Positions 62,101-64,000 of a stretch of 64,000 nt of DNA are shown piece after piece. Both the position numbers and the translations under genes were made by a program. The stretch lies in the NCBI GenBank assembly GCA_002633005.1, contig NMRA01000001.1, positions 3,517,695 through 3,581,694 of the forward strand, read 5' to 3'. The notes beneath the pieces were generated by a model. That model was not told where the DNA came from. It ran no database searches and saw nothing but the letters and a program-made list of their open reading frames with translations. This DNA is from Phoronis australis (taxonomy: Eukaryota > Animalia > Phoronida). The stretch's first letter is position 1; each line of letters begins with the position of its first letter.

Positions 62101-63886
62101 TCGCTAAATTTCACCGTAAATTGTTGGCGAAAACACTTTTAACTCGTAACTTATACCGCTGTCCCCCAATATGGCCGACGCTATCCAAACAAAGTGACCC
62201 AAATTTCGCCACAAAAATTGCAATAACTTTACAGTGCTTGCCCCGATTTTGATACTTTTTCGATTTTAACTGAGTAGAATGCACTACCTTTCCGATGATA
62301 GCAAAGCACTTTTTCAAAACGAGAGAAAAAAATCGGAAAAAATTGGTTCGATTCATATTGGTTCCTAGGTTCGACCGCCCTACTTAAGGAACTAAACACC
62401 AATGCTATTTTAACATAATAAATACGCGTAACATTCCAAAAAAATCAACGACCACTAACTACAAAATATAAATACACTACACACACAAACGAATCACGAG
62501 ATATTACTAATAAAACAAAATAATGAAGACTTATCGAGCAAGCGATAGCACATTCAGTTACAAGGAAAAAATGGTGGCGTTCAAGACAAGTTCCTGAACT
62601 GATGAGCCGGAAATGTGGGTACGGAAATAACCGATGACAGCCGGTAATTATACGCTCACAGAGAAGGGTCAAATACTGTTAAAAATCGCTTTTGGTAAGA
62701 AAGGCGAAAAGAATATAAAGAAAGGGTGTCGAAAATAAGATTTTATGTTGTAAGTTTTTTCGGATACTGAAACCACATGGGCAGTTTGAGACCAGGAAAA
62801 CTAGTGTGACAACAGAATAGGAAATGTCAGTTTTGTTGAGTTTTACAGCTGCTCAGACCTCAGAGTTGAACCACAGGCGCTTGGGTTTATCGCAAATGAC
62901 GTCACAATATATATATAAGAAAACATAAAGGTTGGACACTTAAACTTTGCAAATCCGAGGCTCCCAACTTCAACCGTCCAAAATCCAAATAAAATCTGCG
63001 TGCACCTCCCTCAGTCTGGTGTTGCATAAACCTTCGAAGCCTTATCTTTCCTAGATCCCATTAACTGTCTTCGTGAGTGGTGAATTGGCGATGGAATTTC
63101 CAAAACAATCTCAAAACTCTGAATTCAAGGACCTGAAATAGTAAACATGGCGGATTTCNNNNNNNNNNNNNNNNNNNNNNNNNNNNNNNNNNNNNNNNNN
63201 NNNNNNNNNNNNNNNNNNNNNNNNNNNNNNNNNNNNNNNNNNNNNNNNNNNNNNNNNNNNNNNNNNNNNNNNNNNNNNNNNNNNNNNNNNNNNNNNNNNN
63301 NNNNNNNNNNNNNNNNNNNNNNNNNNNNNNNNNNNNNNNNNNNNNNNNNNNNNNCACTAGTTATTTTACATTCGTAAAAATTCTGAATCTTGTTGATGTC
63401 GAAGCATTTTTCTTTTAGTTTCGAATTTCAAAAAACGATCTGTTAGCTGCTTGTCACTTCTTCGATTATTCTCCCACAAGGCAAAGCACAACGCCTTATT
63501 TGGTATGGCAAGACATTGACATAGCACATATTCCTTATATGGAAAATGAGACCTTTGACCTTTGACGTAAACGAAACGACGGTGACTTCAAGCAGCAGCC
63601 AGTCCCATTAAGAGGCAATTGATGTGAGTCCTAAGTGTTTGAACTTTGTTATAAAGGTATCGTAGAATTCAAATATATTCTTAAATGCACGTGGCATCAT
63701 TTCTGGGAAATCGCTTGCTTCACTAGCTTGCCCCGCACTGCACTGTCGACCTCAAATTCGGAATGCAATCACACATGATATTCTGCCGCTTAAAATATCC
63801 ATCTGGTCAGTCGGCTGTTTGTCGAATGACTGAGCGCATCAAGAACCAGAGGCCTGATGACACACTGATGTGTTTTAAGTTGAATC

Positions 63887-64000
63887 CTGGGTAGTGTTCA
63901 ATAACGCTAGGACCTCGTTAGCAAAGCATGTGTGTATTTTCAATGAGAGCACGTGATTTCGGCTAGATTTTATTCTCCCCTCGAGACAGCTTTATCACTA
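63887..64000 (-). mobile_element. Harbinger-type MITE family, copy 3 (runs to the window edge)
   Basis: GGGTAGTGTTCAATAACGCTAGGACCTCG...gtgtattttcaatgagagcacgtgatttcggctaga, the reverse complement of the family core. Confidence 0.65.

Noticed and set aside
62599-62635. CTGATGA...GAAA hammerhead-like cores (also near 36140-36170 and 29358-29380)
   Set aside because: Stem II does not close properly and stems I and III could not be formed.

Overview
Eukaryotic, spliceosomal-intron-containing DNA from an invertebrate animal; the phylum cannot be fixed from the sequence alone. The window holds: the last nine coding exons and probable long 3' UTR of talin (+ strand, 1-5950); a two-exon divergent BTB/POZ gene that the ORF track splits (- strand, 16936-16678 + 11549-11197); a single-coding-exon class I SAM methyltransferase (- strand, 24850-25695); and a decayed, internally deleted Kolobok transposon with convergent THAP-transposase and KolX remnants (about 26140-27515). 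The most interesting item is two paralogous genes about 10.4 kb apart (- strand, 34486-34836 and 45230-45532). Each encodes a signal peptide, a propeptide, a basic cleavage site and a six-cysteine mature peptide (C-xn-CFxCxKF-xn-YxxCC-x8-C), whose spacing resembles but does not equal the CHH/ITP hormone framework. The remainder is TE-rich intergenic DNA (MITEs, long hairpins, Penelope- and Academ-like remnants, microsatellites) with three N gaps. All assignments come from manual reading and motif recall; no database searches were run.
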